Shown piece after piece: positions 12,501 to 22,400 of a DNA stretch of 46,890 bases. The first letter of the stretch is position 1. The number at the start of each line of letters is the position of its first letter. The stretch is from positions 1-46,890 of the forward strand of contig CAIYOV010000293.1 in assembly GCA_903927935.1 (NCBI GenBank), given 5' to 3'. Under the pieces are notes generated by a model, which saw only the letters and a program-made list of their open reading frames with translations, made no database searches and was not told the DNA's origin. The position numbers and the translations under genes were made by a program. The stretch comes from an uncultured Bacteroidota bacterium. Its GTDB lineage: Bacteria > Bacteroidota > Bacteroidia > Chitinophagales > LD1.

Positions 12501-12799
12501 GTTGCTCGGCCGCAGCCGGAGTAACAGTGCTTGACAACCAAATAGGTTCCTTTGCCAACGAAATTTTATTCAGTGTTTTCCCGAACCCGGCTACCAACCA
12601 GGTTATATTGAAATTAGACAAAGTGAATGATAAAACGATGGTGGAACTGAAAAATGTATTGGGGCAAATTCTTTTCAGCAGAAACATTCCGTTGATTCAA
12701 ACTAAAATCGATCTCACTCATTTTGCTAACGGTGTTTACTTTATTGAAGTAAAACAAGGCGATAAAAAATCAGTGAAAGAAATTATAGTGAATAAATAA
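9563..12799 (+). CDS. secreted M43-family zinc metalloprotease (pappalysin/cytophagalysin-like) with PKD domain, uncharacterised middle domain, SprB-type repeats and T9SS type A C-terminal sorting domain
   Basis: 1078 aa with a signal peptide. Metzincin motif HEVGHWLNLYH plus FMNYMDY. PKD signature WNFGDG.TS....P.H.F...G.Y.V.L. Repeated C.G..NG.A.V...GG.P.Y.Y.WS modules. The C-terminus (FSVFPNPATNQVILKL...NVLGQ...IDLTHFANGVYFIEV) fits the type A Por secretion tail. Confidence 0.9.
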   Translation: MKNLVLALALFISIFSTQHTIAQRCASMDHLKDQLQNDPALAARMQQIETETNQFVSSYHNTGSRAIITIPVVVHVVYNTTAQNISNAQIQSQIDRLNLDYHKLNTDISSVPSVWQSLVADYEVQFCLASKDPSGNATTGIRRVSTSTTSFSTNDNVKRTANGGDDAWPAASYLNLWVCNLSGGVLGYAQFPGGAAATDGVVITYTGFGTGGSAQAPYNLGRTATHEVGHWLNLYHIWGDDGSACSGSDQVNDTPNQGSENYGCPTFPHTDACSASSPGVMFMNYMDYTDDACMYMFTNGQKTRSLSLFNSGGSRASLLNSQGCQSIASPPVANFTADVVNSCTGIIRFTDLSSNAPTSWSWNFGDGQTSTTQNPTHLFNANGTYTVTLTATNGFGSNTKTLTNYITVSKPAAPSASDASHCGSGTFSLTTSSTNPVAWLDSNGTKVSSANPFVTPVLTHTTTYWLQDTVGGTQYHVGPATNSGSGGYLNSNWSLIFNVNTACVLQSVYVYANGAGNRTFELRNSGGTVLQSLTVNVPTGASRVTLNFNLTTGTGFQLGFAIGSTINLYRNNAGMAYPYTDAGGYVNITGNNATNATSYYYYCYDWILQGTGCVSQRKAVTAVVSAGLNAATTVTNATCGSSNGNATVTITGGTPNYTYNWSTGGTGPSVSNLTAATYTVTVNDANSCSGTATAIVANSSSLVSAKSSTDITCFGGNNGTASVNVTSGTPNYTYLWSNLANTSAVSNLTAGNYSVTITDGSNCQHVDSFTLTQPADMTIQVTTNSAHCNGQATGMANATATGGNSGFIFNWSNSTSGPSNINLAAGNYAVTVTDANSCSSSSTFIIDEPTAITMNTTSTSVSCFGENNGTANVIPSGGVGNFTYSWCNGNTTHNASNLSAGNCTVTVTDDNACTATASVTVQQPAQIQITTSTTNGNASVDTVTGGASPFTYVWSNGQTTQDITGLLSGNYVVTVTDNNGCSAAAGVTVLDNQIGSFANEILFSVFPNPATNQVILKLDKVNDKTMVELKNVLGQILFSRNIPLIQTKIDLTHFANGVYFIEVKQGDKKSVKEIIVNK

Positions 12800-12885
12800 T
12801 CTGTTTATCACCGGCTTTGTTTAAGCAGTTGTTTAGTTAATACTCTTGCAATAAAATTACTTACTTTAATAAATAAATATTCGGC

Positions 12886-15800
12886 ATGAAGAAGGTTTGC
12901 TTCCTCTCTCTTTTGTGGTTTACAGCAATGCAGTCTTTCGCACAGGGAAAATTTATTGCAAAAGAAGTGAGAGGTGCTGAAGCCAATGCCATTTGGCAGG
13001 GTGCGGAGCATATATGGCTGAAACAGGAAAATACGGTTCCTGCTTTTATACAGTTTCACAATGGCTCTGAACCAGATGAAGAAGAATTCTTTTTCATTCT
13101 CAAAAAAACATTTCACCTCCCTACTTCTTATAACTTCAGTTTAATAAGCGATGAAAGCGACCAGATTGGCTGGCAGCATAAACGCTTTCAGCTAACAATG
13201 AATAGCGTTCCGGTCAGCAACAGTATTTTCATGCTGCATTTGATAGACAGCAAAGTGAAGAAATTCAACGGCTATCTTTTTAAAAATATTTCTACAAATA
13301 CTACGGCAACAGTAAGCGAAACATCGGCCCTTGATTTTGCTTTGGAGAATATTGGAGCGCAAACATATAAGTGGCAATTGCCGGAAGAAGAAAATTTTTT
13401 AAAGATAGAACTTGGCAGTGTCAATGCCTCTTATTATCCTAAAGGTAATCTCGAAATTCTTCAGGTTGGCGATAATGCATCAAACAGCTTTCGCTTAGTC
13501 TGGAAGTTCGACATTTATGCCCACACACCTTTGAGTCGTTATTATGTTTATGTAGACGCTCAAACCGGTGAGATGCTCAAAAAATCTTCTCGAATCCAAA
13601 ACGCTAATGCGACAGGAACCGCAACGACAGTTTATCGGGGCAACCGGACAATCACAACAGATAGTTATAATAGTCAATATCGTTTAAGGGAGGCTCCGCG
13701 CGGCTTGGGTATTCATACCTATAATATGCAAACAGGCACCAACTACGGAAATTCGATTGAGTTTTTAGATGCAAATAATCTCTGGAATAACATAAATGCT
13801 GCAAAGGATCAGTATGCCGGTGATGCACATTGGGGGGGAGAAATGACTTATGATTTTTATACCACCATGGGAAGAAACTCCATTGACAATGCAGGCTATG
13901 CGCTGAATTTATACATGCATTATGACGTAAATTATGTAAACGCATTTTGGGATGGCACACGAATGACTTTCGGGGATGGTAACAGTACATACAATCCCTT
14001 GGTTTCTTTAGATATCACCGGCCATGAAATTTCACATGGACTTACAGAACGTACATCTAATCTCGATTACCAGAACGAGTCCGGTGCATTGAACGAATCT
14101 TTTAGTGATATTTTCGGAACAGCAGTGGAGTGGTATGCCGACTCAACATTGGGAAACTGGCTGATTGGTGAAGATATTGGCAGTCCTTTTCGTTCTATGA
14201 GTAATCCGAACAGTTATGGAGATCCGGATACTTATCTTGGAACAAACTGGTACACCGGCACTGGTGATAACGGAGGGGTTCATACCAACAGCAGTGTGCA
14301 GAATCATTGGTATTACCGTTTATCTCAAGGTGGTTCAGGAACAAACGACATTGGTAATACATTTAATGTTACCGGTATCGGAAGACATAAAGCCACACAA
14401 ATTTCATGGAGAGATAATGTGAACTATCTGATCAGCACTTCCGATTATGCCGATTCAAGATTCTACGCAATCCAATCAGCCAACGATTTATTCGGTGTTT
14501 GCTCACCCGAAGCTATTGCCACGACCAAAGCCTGGTATGCTGTAGGCGTAGGTGGCGATTTTGTTTATGGTGCCGATGCACAGTTTACTGCAACACCGGT
14601 ATCCGGCTGCACCGTTCCCTTTACTGTCAACTTCACAAATGTCAGCACTAACACAAGTTCATACACATGGAATTTTGGTGATGGAGGAACAAGCACGGTT
14701 ACTAATCCTTCGTATACTTATAATACATTGGGAACATATACTGTGAAATTAGTTTCGGATGGTGGTGCGTGCGGAACAGATAGTTTAACCCGCACCAATT
14801 ATATCAGCATCAGTAACATCAATCCTTGTATAGTAATAATGCCAGCTACCGGCAGTTATCAGACACAGACAGCCTGTAACGGAACTGTTTATGATAACGG
14901 AGGCACCGGAAATTATACGAATAACACCAACAGCACTGTAACGATTGCGCCAACCGGTGCATCACAGGTAAAACTTCACTTTACCCAATTTGCTATGGAG
15001 AACACCTACGACTTTTTATATGTGTATGATGGCCCAACAACGGGAAGTCCTGTTATAGGTAGTTATACCGGCACAACTATTCCGGCAGATATTACTTCGA
15101 CCGGCTCATCTATTACCATTCGGCAATCAACTGATCCTGCAGTAGTTGACGTGGGCTTTACCATTCAATGGAGCTGTATTAGTCCAAACGCTCCTCCGGT
15201 TGCTAATTTCAAAGCGGATGTAACACAAAGCTGTAGCGGCAATATAAAATTCACAGACCTAAGCACCGGTGGGCCAAATGTATGGCTATGGAATTTTGGT
15301 GACGGCACTACATCAACAGCACAACATCCAACCCATTCGTATATCAGCAATGGAACTTATACAGTTTCTTTAAAAGCAACCAACACATTCGGAAACAATA
15401 CGATAACAAAGAATAATTATATAAGCATTGCAAAACCAGCTGGACCTTCCGTTGCCAATCAATCCAGTTGCGGGCCGAATTCTTTTACACTAAATTTATC
15501 AGATGTAAATCCGGTAACATGGTTTGATTCTACAGGAAATGTTATGGCCAATGGGAACCCGTTTGTTACTCCTGTTCTGAACAACACAACAACCTATTTT
15601 GTACAAGATACACAAACCCAACCTATTTATAAAGTAGGTGCATTGAATAACCAGATTGGCGGTGGAGCAGGACAATATTATAGCACCACACAATCACGCG
15701 CCCTTCGTTTTCGCGTGTATAAAAATTCGAAATTAGTAAGCGTGTATGTGTATGCGCAAGGTGCCGGTTACAGAACTGTTCAGTATCGCGATTCGTTAGG

Positions 15801-18375
15801 TGGTGTTATAACCAACAAAACCGTTTACATGCCTAACGGTGCCAGCAGAATTTATTTGAATATTGATTTGATACCCGGTGGACCTTACGAACTTGGTTTG
15901 CGAGATACCATGAATTTGTGGCGTAACAGTGCAGGAGCTGTTTACCCATATAACGATGCAAACGGGATTGTGAGCATCATCGGAAATAATGCTGCCGGCT
16001 CTGCGGCTTACTATTATTTTTTTTACGATTGGGAAGTAAAAGAGAACGATTGCATTTCGCAACGCGTACCGGTTGTAGCTACGGTTACCCCTGTTGTTAC
16101 CGCTGCCACTGCGTCAACTAATGTTTCATGCAACGGAGGATCTAACGCGACTGCAAGTATCACTCCTTCTGGCGGCACACCTAACTTTACTTATCATTGG
16201 AATAACAATGCTTCAACCTCTTTAATAACTAATCTTACAGCAGGAACTTATACGGTTACTGTTACCGATGTATCTGGTTGTTCAATCACTGCATCAAAAA
16301 CCATTACACAGCCAACGGCACTTGTAACATCTGTCACGGTAACAAATGTTTTATGTAATGGAGGAAATACCGGTGCAATTAATTTAAATGTAACGGGTGG
16401 AGTAACAAACTATTCTTACAATTGGGGTGCAGGAATTATTACACAAAACAGATCTTCACTTTCAGCTGGAACTTATACAGTTACAATTACAGACGGGAAT
16501 TTGTGTACAGCAACAACTTCTGCCATAGTTAATGCACCAAGTCCGTTAGTTGTAATTACAACCGCTACGAATGCAACATGCGGACAAAACAACGGAAGTG
16601 TTTTAGCAAATTCAACGGGAGGGACTTCAGGTTATACTTATTCCTGGAGTAACGGATCGAATACTTCTTCACTTTCAAATCTTACTGCAGGACTTTTCAC
16701 GGTTACCGTAAATGATAACAATAGTTGTTCCTCTACATCAACGGCTACTATAATCAACACCGGTTCAATTATTGCAACGGGTTCTTCTGCAAATGCAAAC
16801 TGTTTTGGAAGTGCTGACGGAAGTGTGGCTGTAAATGTGGTCAGTGGTACCCAGCCTTATTCTTATATCTGGAGTAACGGTGCCTCTGCTTCTTCCATTA
16901 GTAATGTAACAGCCGGAAATTATTCGGTAACAATTACAGATGGGGTTGGATGTGTCGCAACTATTACTCAAACAGTTTCAGAGCCACCATTGCTGAATGT
17001 TTCTCTTGCATCTACCGATGCTACCTGTGGTTCTGTAAACGGAACAGCATCTGTTAACGCCACCGGGGGAACACAAGGATACAATTATTTGTGGAGTAAT
17101 AATACTACCACTTCCTCTATCTCAAATCTTGCAGCCGGGAATTATTCGGTAACAGTATCCGATGCTCATAACTGCACTGCTGTAAATTCAGTAATTGTAA
17201 CTATCGTTTCTTCTATTTCGGCAAGTGTTTCTTCGACAAGTGCAAAATGTAACGGAAGTAGCGATGGAACAGCAATAGTAACAGTTGCTGGTGGCACACA
17301 ACCAATAAATTATTTGTGGAGTAATGGTGCATCTGCTTCATCTCAATCCACTCTTTCAAGCGGAAATTATGTGGTAACCATTACCGATGGAAGTAACTGT
17401 GTGCTTATACAGAGCATTACTATTTCTGAACCAACTCCTATTACACTTTTTGTTACTGCTAAGGAACCTTCTTGCAATAATGCAACAGATGGAAGTGCAG
17501 GTGTATCTGCCATAGGAGGTAATTCGAATTATTTATTTAATTGGTCGAATGCTGCCAGTGGGGATAGTATTAATAATTTGGTTGCCGGCAATTATTCGGT
17601 AACAGTTCATGATGCTAATAATTGCTCCGCTGTTTCCGATTTTATATTGATAGAACCTTCAGCACTTTCTGTAATTCCAACTACTACTGATGTTCTGTGT
17701 AATGGAGACCAAAGCGGAACCGCCAGTGTTTCCGTTTCCGGGGGAACTCCGGGATATTCATATCAATGGTGTAATGGAAACATTCTCGTATCAACCCAAA
17801 ATCTTTCAGCAGGTGTATGCACTGTAACTATTACTGACCAAAATGATTGCACTACAAGCATTACTATCCATACTTCAGAACCAAATCCAATTCAGTTTGC
17901 AACTTCTACCAGCAATTCAAACTTTGGGGCAAATGATGGAAACGTAGTGGTTAGTAATTTAACCGGTGGGGTAGGTTCTTATACATTTACATGGAGTAAT
18001 GGCGACACCACACAAAATCTCACAAACGTTGCAGGTGGAACTTATTCAATAACCGTTACAGATAATAATGGATGTGTTGAAACAGCAACTGTTATTGTTC
18101 AGGATAACCCGAACATAGTAAATCAGATTTCGAATGAAATTTCATTGAAAATTTATCCAAACCCGACTTCAACTGAAATAACTGTTGTGATGAGTAAGCC
18201 GAATGAAGGTTCCATATTGAATTTGAAAAATGTTTTAGGGCAAACCCTTCTTACAAAATATATTTCATCAACAGAGACGAAAATTGACCTCTCGTTTTTT
18301 GCTAGTGGAGTTTATGTTTTGGAGGTTAAGAGCGGTGAGAAGAATGCAATGAATGAAATTGTAATCAGCAGATAA
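12886..18375 (+). CDS. secreted M4-family (thermolysin-like) zinc metalloprotease with PKD domains, CUB-like domain, shared middle domain, about ten SprB-type repeats and T9SS type A C-terminal sorting domain
   Basis: 1829 aa with a signal peptide (LLWFTAMQSFAQ). M4 active site HEISHGLTE followed by GALNESFSDIFG, and GGVHTNS. Two PKD signatures (WNFGDGGTS, WNFGDGTTS). The C-terminus (LKIYPNPTSTEITVV...NVLGQ...IDLSFFASGVYVLEV) is a type A sorting domain. Confidence 0.9.
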   Translation: MKKVCFLSLLWFTAMQSFAQGKFIAKEVRGAEANAIWQGAEHIWLKQENTVPAFIQFHNGSEPDEEEFFFILKKTFHLPTSYNFSLISDESDQIGWQHKRFQLTMNSVPVSNSIFMLHLIDSKVKKFNGYLFKNISTNTTATVSETSALDFALENIGAQTYKWQLPEEENFLKIELGSVNASYYPKGNLEILQVGDNASNSFRLVWKFDIYAHTPLSRYYVYVDAQTGEMLKKSSRIQNANATGTATTVYRGNRTITTDSYNSQYRLREAPRGLGIHTYNMQTGTNYGNSIEFLDANNLWNNINAAKDQYAGDAHWGGEMTYDFYTTMGRNSIDNAGYALNLYMHYDVNYVNAFWDGTRMTFGDGNSTYNPLVSLDITGHEISHGLTERTSNLDYQNESGALNESFSDIFGTAVEWYADSTLGNWLIGEDIGSPFRSMSNPNSYGDPDTYLGTNWYTGTGDNGGVHTNSSVQNHWYYRLSQGGSGTNDIGNTFNVTGIGRHKATQISWRDNVNYLISTSDYADSRFYAIQSANDLFGVCSPEAIATTKAWYAVGVGGDFVYGADAQFTATPVSGCTVPFTVNFTNVSTNTSSYTWNFGDGGTSTVTNPSYTYNTLGTYTVKLVSDGGACGTDSLTRTNYISISNINPCIVIMPATGSYQTQTACNGTVYDNGGTGNYTNNTNSTVTIAPTGASQVKLHFTQFAMENTYDFLYVYDGPTTGSPVIGSYTGTTIPADITSTGSSITIRQSTDPAVVDVGFTIQWSCISPNAPPVANFKADVTQSCSGNIKFTDLSTGGPNVWLWNFGDGTTSTAQHPTHSYISNGTYTVSLKATNTFGNNTITKNNYISIAKPAGPSVANQSSCGPNSFTLNLSDVNPVTWFDSTGNVMANGNPFVTPVLNNTTTYFVQDTQTQPIYKVGALNNQIGGGAGQYYSTTQSRALRFRVYKNSKLVSVYVYAQGAGYRTVQYRDSLGGVITNKTVYMPNGASRIYLNIDLIPGGPYELGLRDTMNLWRNSAGAVYPYNDANGIVSIIGNNAAGSAAYYYFFYDWEVKENDCISQRVPVVATVTPVVTAATASTNVSCNGGSNATASITPSGGTPNFTYHWNNNASTSLITNLTAGTYTVTVTDVSGCSITASKTITQPTALVTSVTVTNVLCNGGNTGAINLNVTGGVTNYSYNWGAGIITQNRSSLSAGTYTVTITDGNLCTATTSAIVNAPSPLVVITTATNATCGQNNGSVLANSTGGTSGYTYSWSNGSNTSSLSNLTAGLFTVTVNDNNSCSSTSTATIINTGSIIATGSSANANCFGSADGSVAVNVVSGTQPYSYIWSNGASASSISNVTAGNYSVTITDGVGCVATITQTVSEPPLLNVSLASTDATCGSVNGTASVNATGGTQGYNYLWSNNTTTSSISNLAAGNYSVTVSDAHNCTAVNSVIVTIVSSISASVSSTSAKCNGSSDGTAIVTVAGGTQPINYLWSNGASASSQSTLSSGNYVVTITDGSNCVLIQSITISEPTPITLFVTAKEPSCNNATDGSAGVSAIGGNSNYLFNWSNAASGDSINNLVAGNYSVTVHDANNCSAVSDFILIEPSALSVIPTTTDVLCNGDQSGTASVSVSGGTPGYSYQWCNGNILVSTQNLSAGVCTVTITDQNDCTTSITIHTSEPNPIQFATSTSNSNFGANDGNVVVSNLTGGVGSYTFTWSNGDTTQNLTNVAGGTYSITVTDNNGCVETATVIVQDNPNIVNQISNEISLKIYPNPTSTEITVVMSKPNEGSILNLKNVLGQTLLTKYISSTETKIDLSFFASGVYVLEVKSGEKNAMNEIVISR

Positions 18376-18378
18376 GTT

Positions 18379-19449
18379 TTACTTAAAACTTGGGCAGTAA
18401 ACCTTTCTGTTTCCGAAATGCTGAAAAAAAGTACCTGTATGTACGAGCGAAATTTCGGGACCTCCATTGGCTTTGCTGGCACTTACTAATTTTGAAAGCG
18501 TAACATCGTAACTCAATAGCAAACGTGTTGTTTTAAATTGATAACCTGCTAACGGAGAAAGCGCATCTTTTCCACGATAATACAAGCCGAAGTAAAGAGT
18601 GTTATCTGCAGCGGATGTTCTTCGTTGGTAAAATCCGTAGCCGAACAAGGCACCTGCAACTATTTCTTGTGCTTTCTTTTCATAACCGTAATAACCGTTT
18701 ACTATAATCGAAATTCTTTCATTAAGGCTATACGTTATACCTGCACTTGCCTGATAACGGATTCCCAATCGCTCTGTTGTTCCTAAAAAAGAATGTTTAG
18801 GTCTTGTAAGATGCAGTATGGAAAAACCAAAATCTAATTTTACCTGATCATGAACATGCGCGCCTAAATTTATTCCTGCACCTAAATCGAGCATCTGAAA
18901 ACTTTCCTGCTGCACCGGTTCGTTATTAGCCAGTGAAACATCAAAGCCACTAGCATCTACCCACTGGTTATTGAAATAAAATCTAGAAAAATCAACCGAG
19001 CGAATGATATAGCTGAAGCCGATACCTACGGAGAGAACATAACGATGATCTTTGTCAAATGCCTGATGATATGCACCGCTCAAACTAATTTTTCGGTACA
19101 TCAATCTTCCGTCTCCCGCCTGGTCATTCACAAAATTGGCTCCCAAACCAAACCAGGCTGATTTGAGTTTTCGCTCACCAAAACTAAAGTCTACATAAGG
19201 TGACTCTGTGTGATAATTATAAATGGAATTTGAAATAGCAAAGGGCCATTGCGCTTTAAAATTGAAACCCACACGATAATTGCCTTCATAATTTCCGGTT
19301 TGTGCAGGATTAAGAATAAGCGGATTGGTAAAGAATTGCGTGAAGTGAATATCCTGACTATATGCAGCAGGTAACATGTAGTAGGCAATAAATACGCACC
19401 ACACTCTCAAGTGTAAACTCCTTCGTCTTATGTATTTCCATTTACTCAT
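18379..19449 (-). CDS. PorP/SprF family type IX secretion system membrane protein
   Basis: 356 aa. After the signal region comes the family-defining QDIHFTQFFTNPLILNPAQTG start, then beta-barrel-like alternating sequence. Its ATG overlaps the stop of the upstream type B cargo gene (TAATG). Confidence 0.85.
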   Translation of the reverse strand: MSKWKYIRRRSLHLRVWCVFIAYYMLPAAYSQDIHFTQFFTNPLILNPAQTGNYEGNYRVGFNFKAQWPFAISNSIYNYHTESPYVDFSFGERKLKSAWFGLGANFVNDQAGDGRLMYRKISLSGAYHQAFDKDHRYVLSVGIGFSYIIRSVDFSRFYFNNQWVDASGFDVSLANNEPVQQESFQMLDLGAGINLGAHVHDQVKLDFGFSILHLTRPKHSFLGTTERLGIRYQASAGITYSLNERISIIVNGYYGYEKKAQEIVAGALFGYGFYQRRTSAADNTLYFGLYYRGKDALSPLAGYQFKTTRLLLSYDVTLSKLVSASKANGGPEISLVHTGTFFQHFGNRKVYCPSFK

Positions 19450-22400
19450 TAGCGGAGTAAGGTTATATTTCCTTTCAACGGAATAGTTTTGCCATCGACC
19501 AAAGTAGCCTCCACGGCATAAGTGTACACTTCCATTTCCTGTAGCACACCTTTATAAATTCCATCCCAGCCTATATTTTTATCGTGCGTTTCAAAAACCT
19601 TTTCGCCCCACCGGTTGTAGATTCTGAACATCAATCCAACAATTCCTCTGCCTTCTACTTTCACCACATCATTAATGCCATCACCGTTTGGAGAAAAAGC
19701 ATTTGGCACTCCTACTAAACCATTGAATGAAATGAAAATGTTTTTGCAAATAGTATCAGAACAAGCATCGTTAAAAGCTTCGAGACAAACATTCATAGTA
19801 TAAATGCTTTCGTAAGCGTGAGCAGGATTTTCGTCGGTGCTGCTATCGCCATCGCCAAATTGCCAAAACAGATTTTGATAAGCGAAGCTGTGATTGATAA
19901 ATTGCACCGGTGTTTCAAAGTTGAAGGTATCTCCTTGTGTTGTGAAATCTGCTATTGGTTGCGCATAAATTTCTACATCGTGTGTTACAGAAGCCGTTAC
20001 ATCGCAGGTAGCTGAATCAACAATGGTAAGAAACACACTATGGTTTCCGATTATGTTATAAGAATGTGAAGGAGAATATTGCGTTGAAGCCCCTCCATCA
20101 CCAAAATTCCAAACAAAATTTGCATTCGAATCACTGAGGTTGTTGAACTGAACAGGTGTCCCCGCACAAACGTTTGCAACTGTAAAATCAACAAATACAT
20201 TCGGTAAAAGCGTTACATTTTTTAAAATGGTATCAAGCGGATGACACCTGTTGGTGTCCTGCACAATCAGAGTGATGGTATAAGTAGCAGGAGAAGTGTA
20301 AGAATGATTTTCGTTTTGTTGTGTTGAAGAAGTGCCGTCACCGAAAGTCCATAAATATTGCACCGCGTTAGAGCTGGTGTTGACTAAATCAACAATCAAA
20401 TTCGAATCGCAATCGTTCAGAATATTCAAATTGAAATCGGCATGGACTGAATCGTCAATCACAGTAATTTGTGCAAAAGCAGAATCAGCACCCACACAAG
20501 CGTTTGTATCAATAGCTACTGCGGTAACATTGAATATTCCGGTGCTGTTGTAAGTATGAATAGTAGTGTCACCGGTTGAGGAGTTCCCATCACCAAAATA
20601 CCAAATGAAATCGGTGGAAAGCAAAACGGAGTTACCAATAAATTCAGCAGCAAATGGCAAACAACCACCAGTGTCAGAAACTGTAATAGAAATATTCAGA
20701 GGCACTAAACTGACAACAATTTCAGCTGTGTCTAGCGGTTTACAAAACATATGCGAGTCAGTCAAATAATGAGTAATAGTAAACGAACCGGCTGTGCTGT
20801 ACACGTGATAAGCTGTATCAGCATTTGCAGTTTGGGTCCCGTCACCCCATGCCCACAGTTCCGAGTCTTCCCCTTGATACATTGACCATACTGTAACCTG
20901 CACTGAATCGCATCCGAAAAATGTTCGGATGAAATTAAAATCTCCTTTTGCAACCGAATCAACGGTAACGATGGTAGCAAAAGCTGTATCAGCAATGTTG
21001 CAGGAAGAAGAATCAATTACAATTAACAGTACATGAAAAGAATCGGAAGTTGTATACGTGTGCGTGTTATTTGCGAGAATGGAAAAACTTCCGTCACCAA
21101 AATTCCAATGATAACTTGAAGTTGAGATAAACGGTGCAATAAAGTTTACAGTTAGCGGGATACATCCACCGGAGTTGCTTGCAGTAAACGTTGCATCCAC
21201 TTGTTGCGGAATGGTAACCTGACTTGCAAAAGTATCAGCTAAACTGCACCGGGTTGAATCAGAAACTATCAGCGTTATATTGTAGGTTCCCGGATTAAGG
21301 TAAATATGATTTACTGAATCAGTAGTATAATGACTTCCATCTCCCATGTTCCAGGAATAACTCGCAGAAGGATAACTCACTGTATTCATCGAAACACTTT
21401 TGTTATAGCAATTAATATTCAAGTTTGGAAGAAAATCTGCCACTATGGAATCATCCTTCACAACTACATCTAAAAATGCAGTATCAGCAATATTGCATGA
21501 GTTGGAGTCAATTCCAATCAGCATTACGCGGTAAGTTCCTGTATCAGTATAAGTATGAAGTGGGTTTATCAGAAAGGAAAAACTTCCATCACCAAAATAC
21601 CAGGTGTGTGTTTGCACATTATTGAGCGTTGCCTGAAACTGCACAGTAAGCGGAACGCAACCGGTAGCTCGGGGTGAGGCATCAATGTGTACTTGCGCAC
21701 CAGCAAGATTAAAGGCAATCTTTAAACCTAATTCATTGCAATTGCTACTTTGATTATTTGGCGACCAAACTCCCGGTGTAGTTGGAGTAAGGGAGTTGCC
21801 TCCACAACCAGCACAAATTGCTTCGTAAATTACTCCACGCTTATCAAATCGACTCGTTCCCCCATCCACGTGTTCAATAGCCCCGTTACCTCCAAAATAG
21901 GAGCCATACAAAATATTCTGCGCGTTTTTCGATAAAACGAAAAAATAAAAATCTGTCCCATCAGTTGTAGTTTGCATTGCATCAGCAGTGAGCGGCATGT
22001 TAAACATGTTATTCTGGAAATTTGAAAATGAACCGCTGTTAGTTCCCCAACCTGCCACGTAAACGTTTTCACAGGTATCTACTACAAATGCAGTAGGAGA
22101 AATATTAGGAGATCCAATTCCGCTTCCAAAAACTGTAGAATAGAAAATATTGTTGAGGGAAGGATTTATTTTAGTAATAAACTGCCCGCTGTTCGGGTTT
22201 GAGTAAGCGGCATTTTGCACGGGATAAGAACCGGTAGTTTGCCCAACGAAATAAATATTGCCGGCAGCATCGGATTTTACAAAATAAACTTGGTCATCGC
22301 CTGAAGTGCCAATATAAGACGAACTTATCAGTTGGGTACCGGTTGCGTTTATCAATGCCAGAAACCCGTCATACTGTCCACCCTGATAGGTCGTGTGCAA

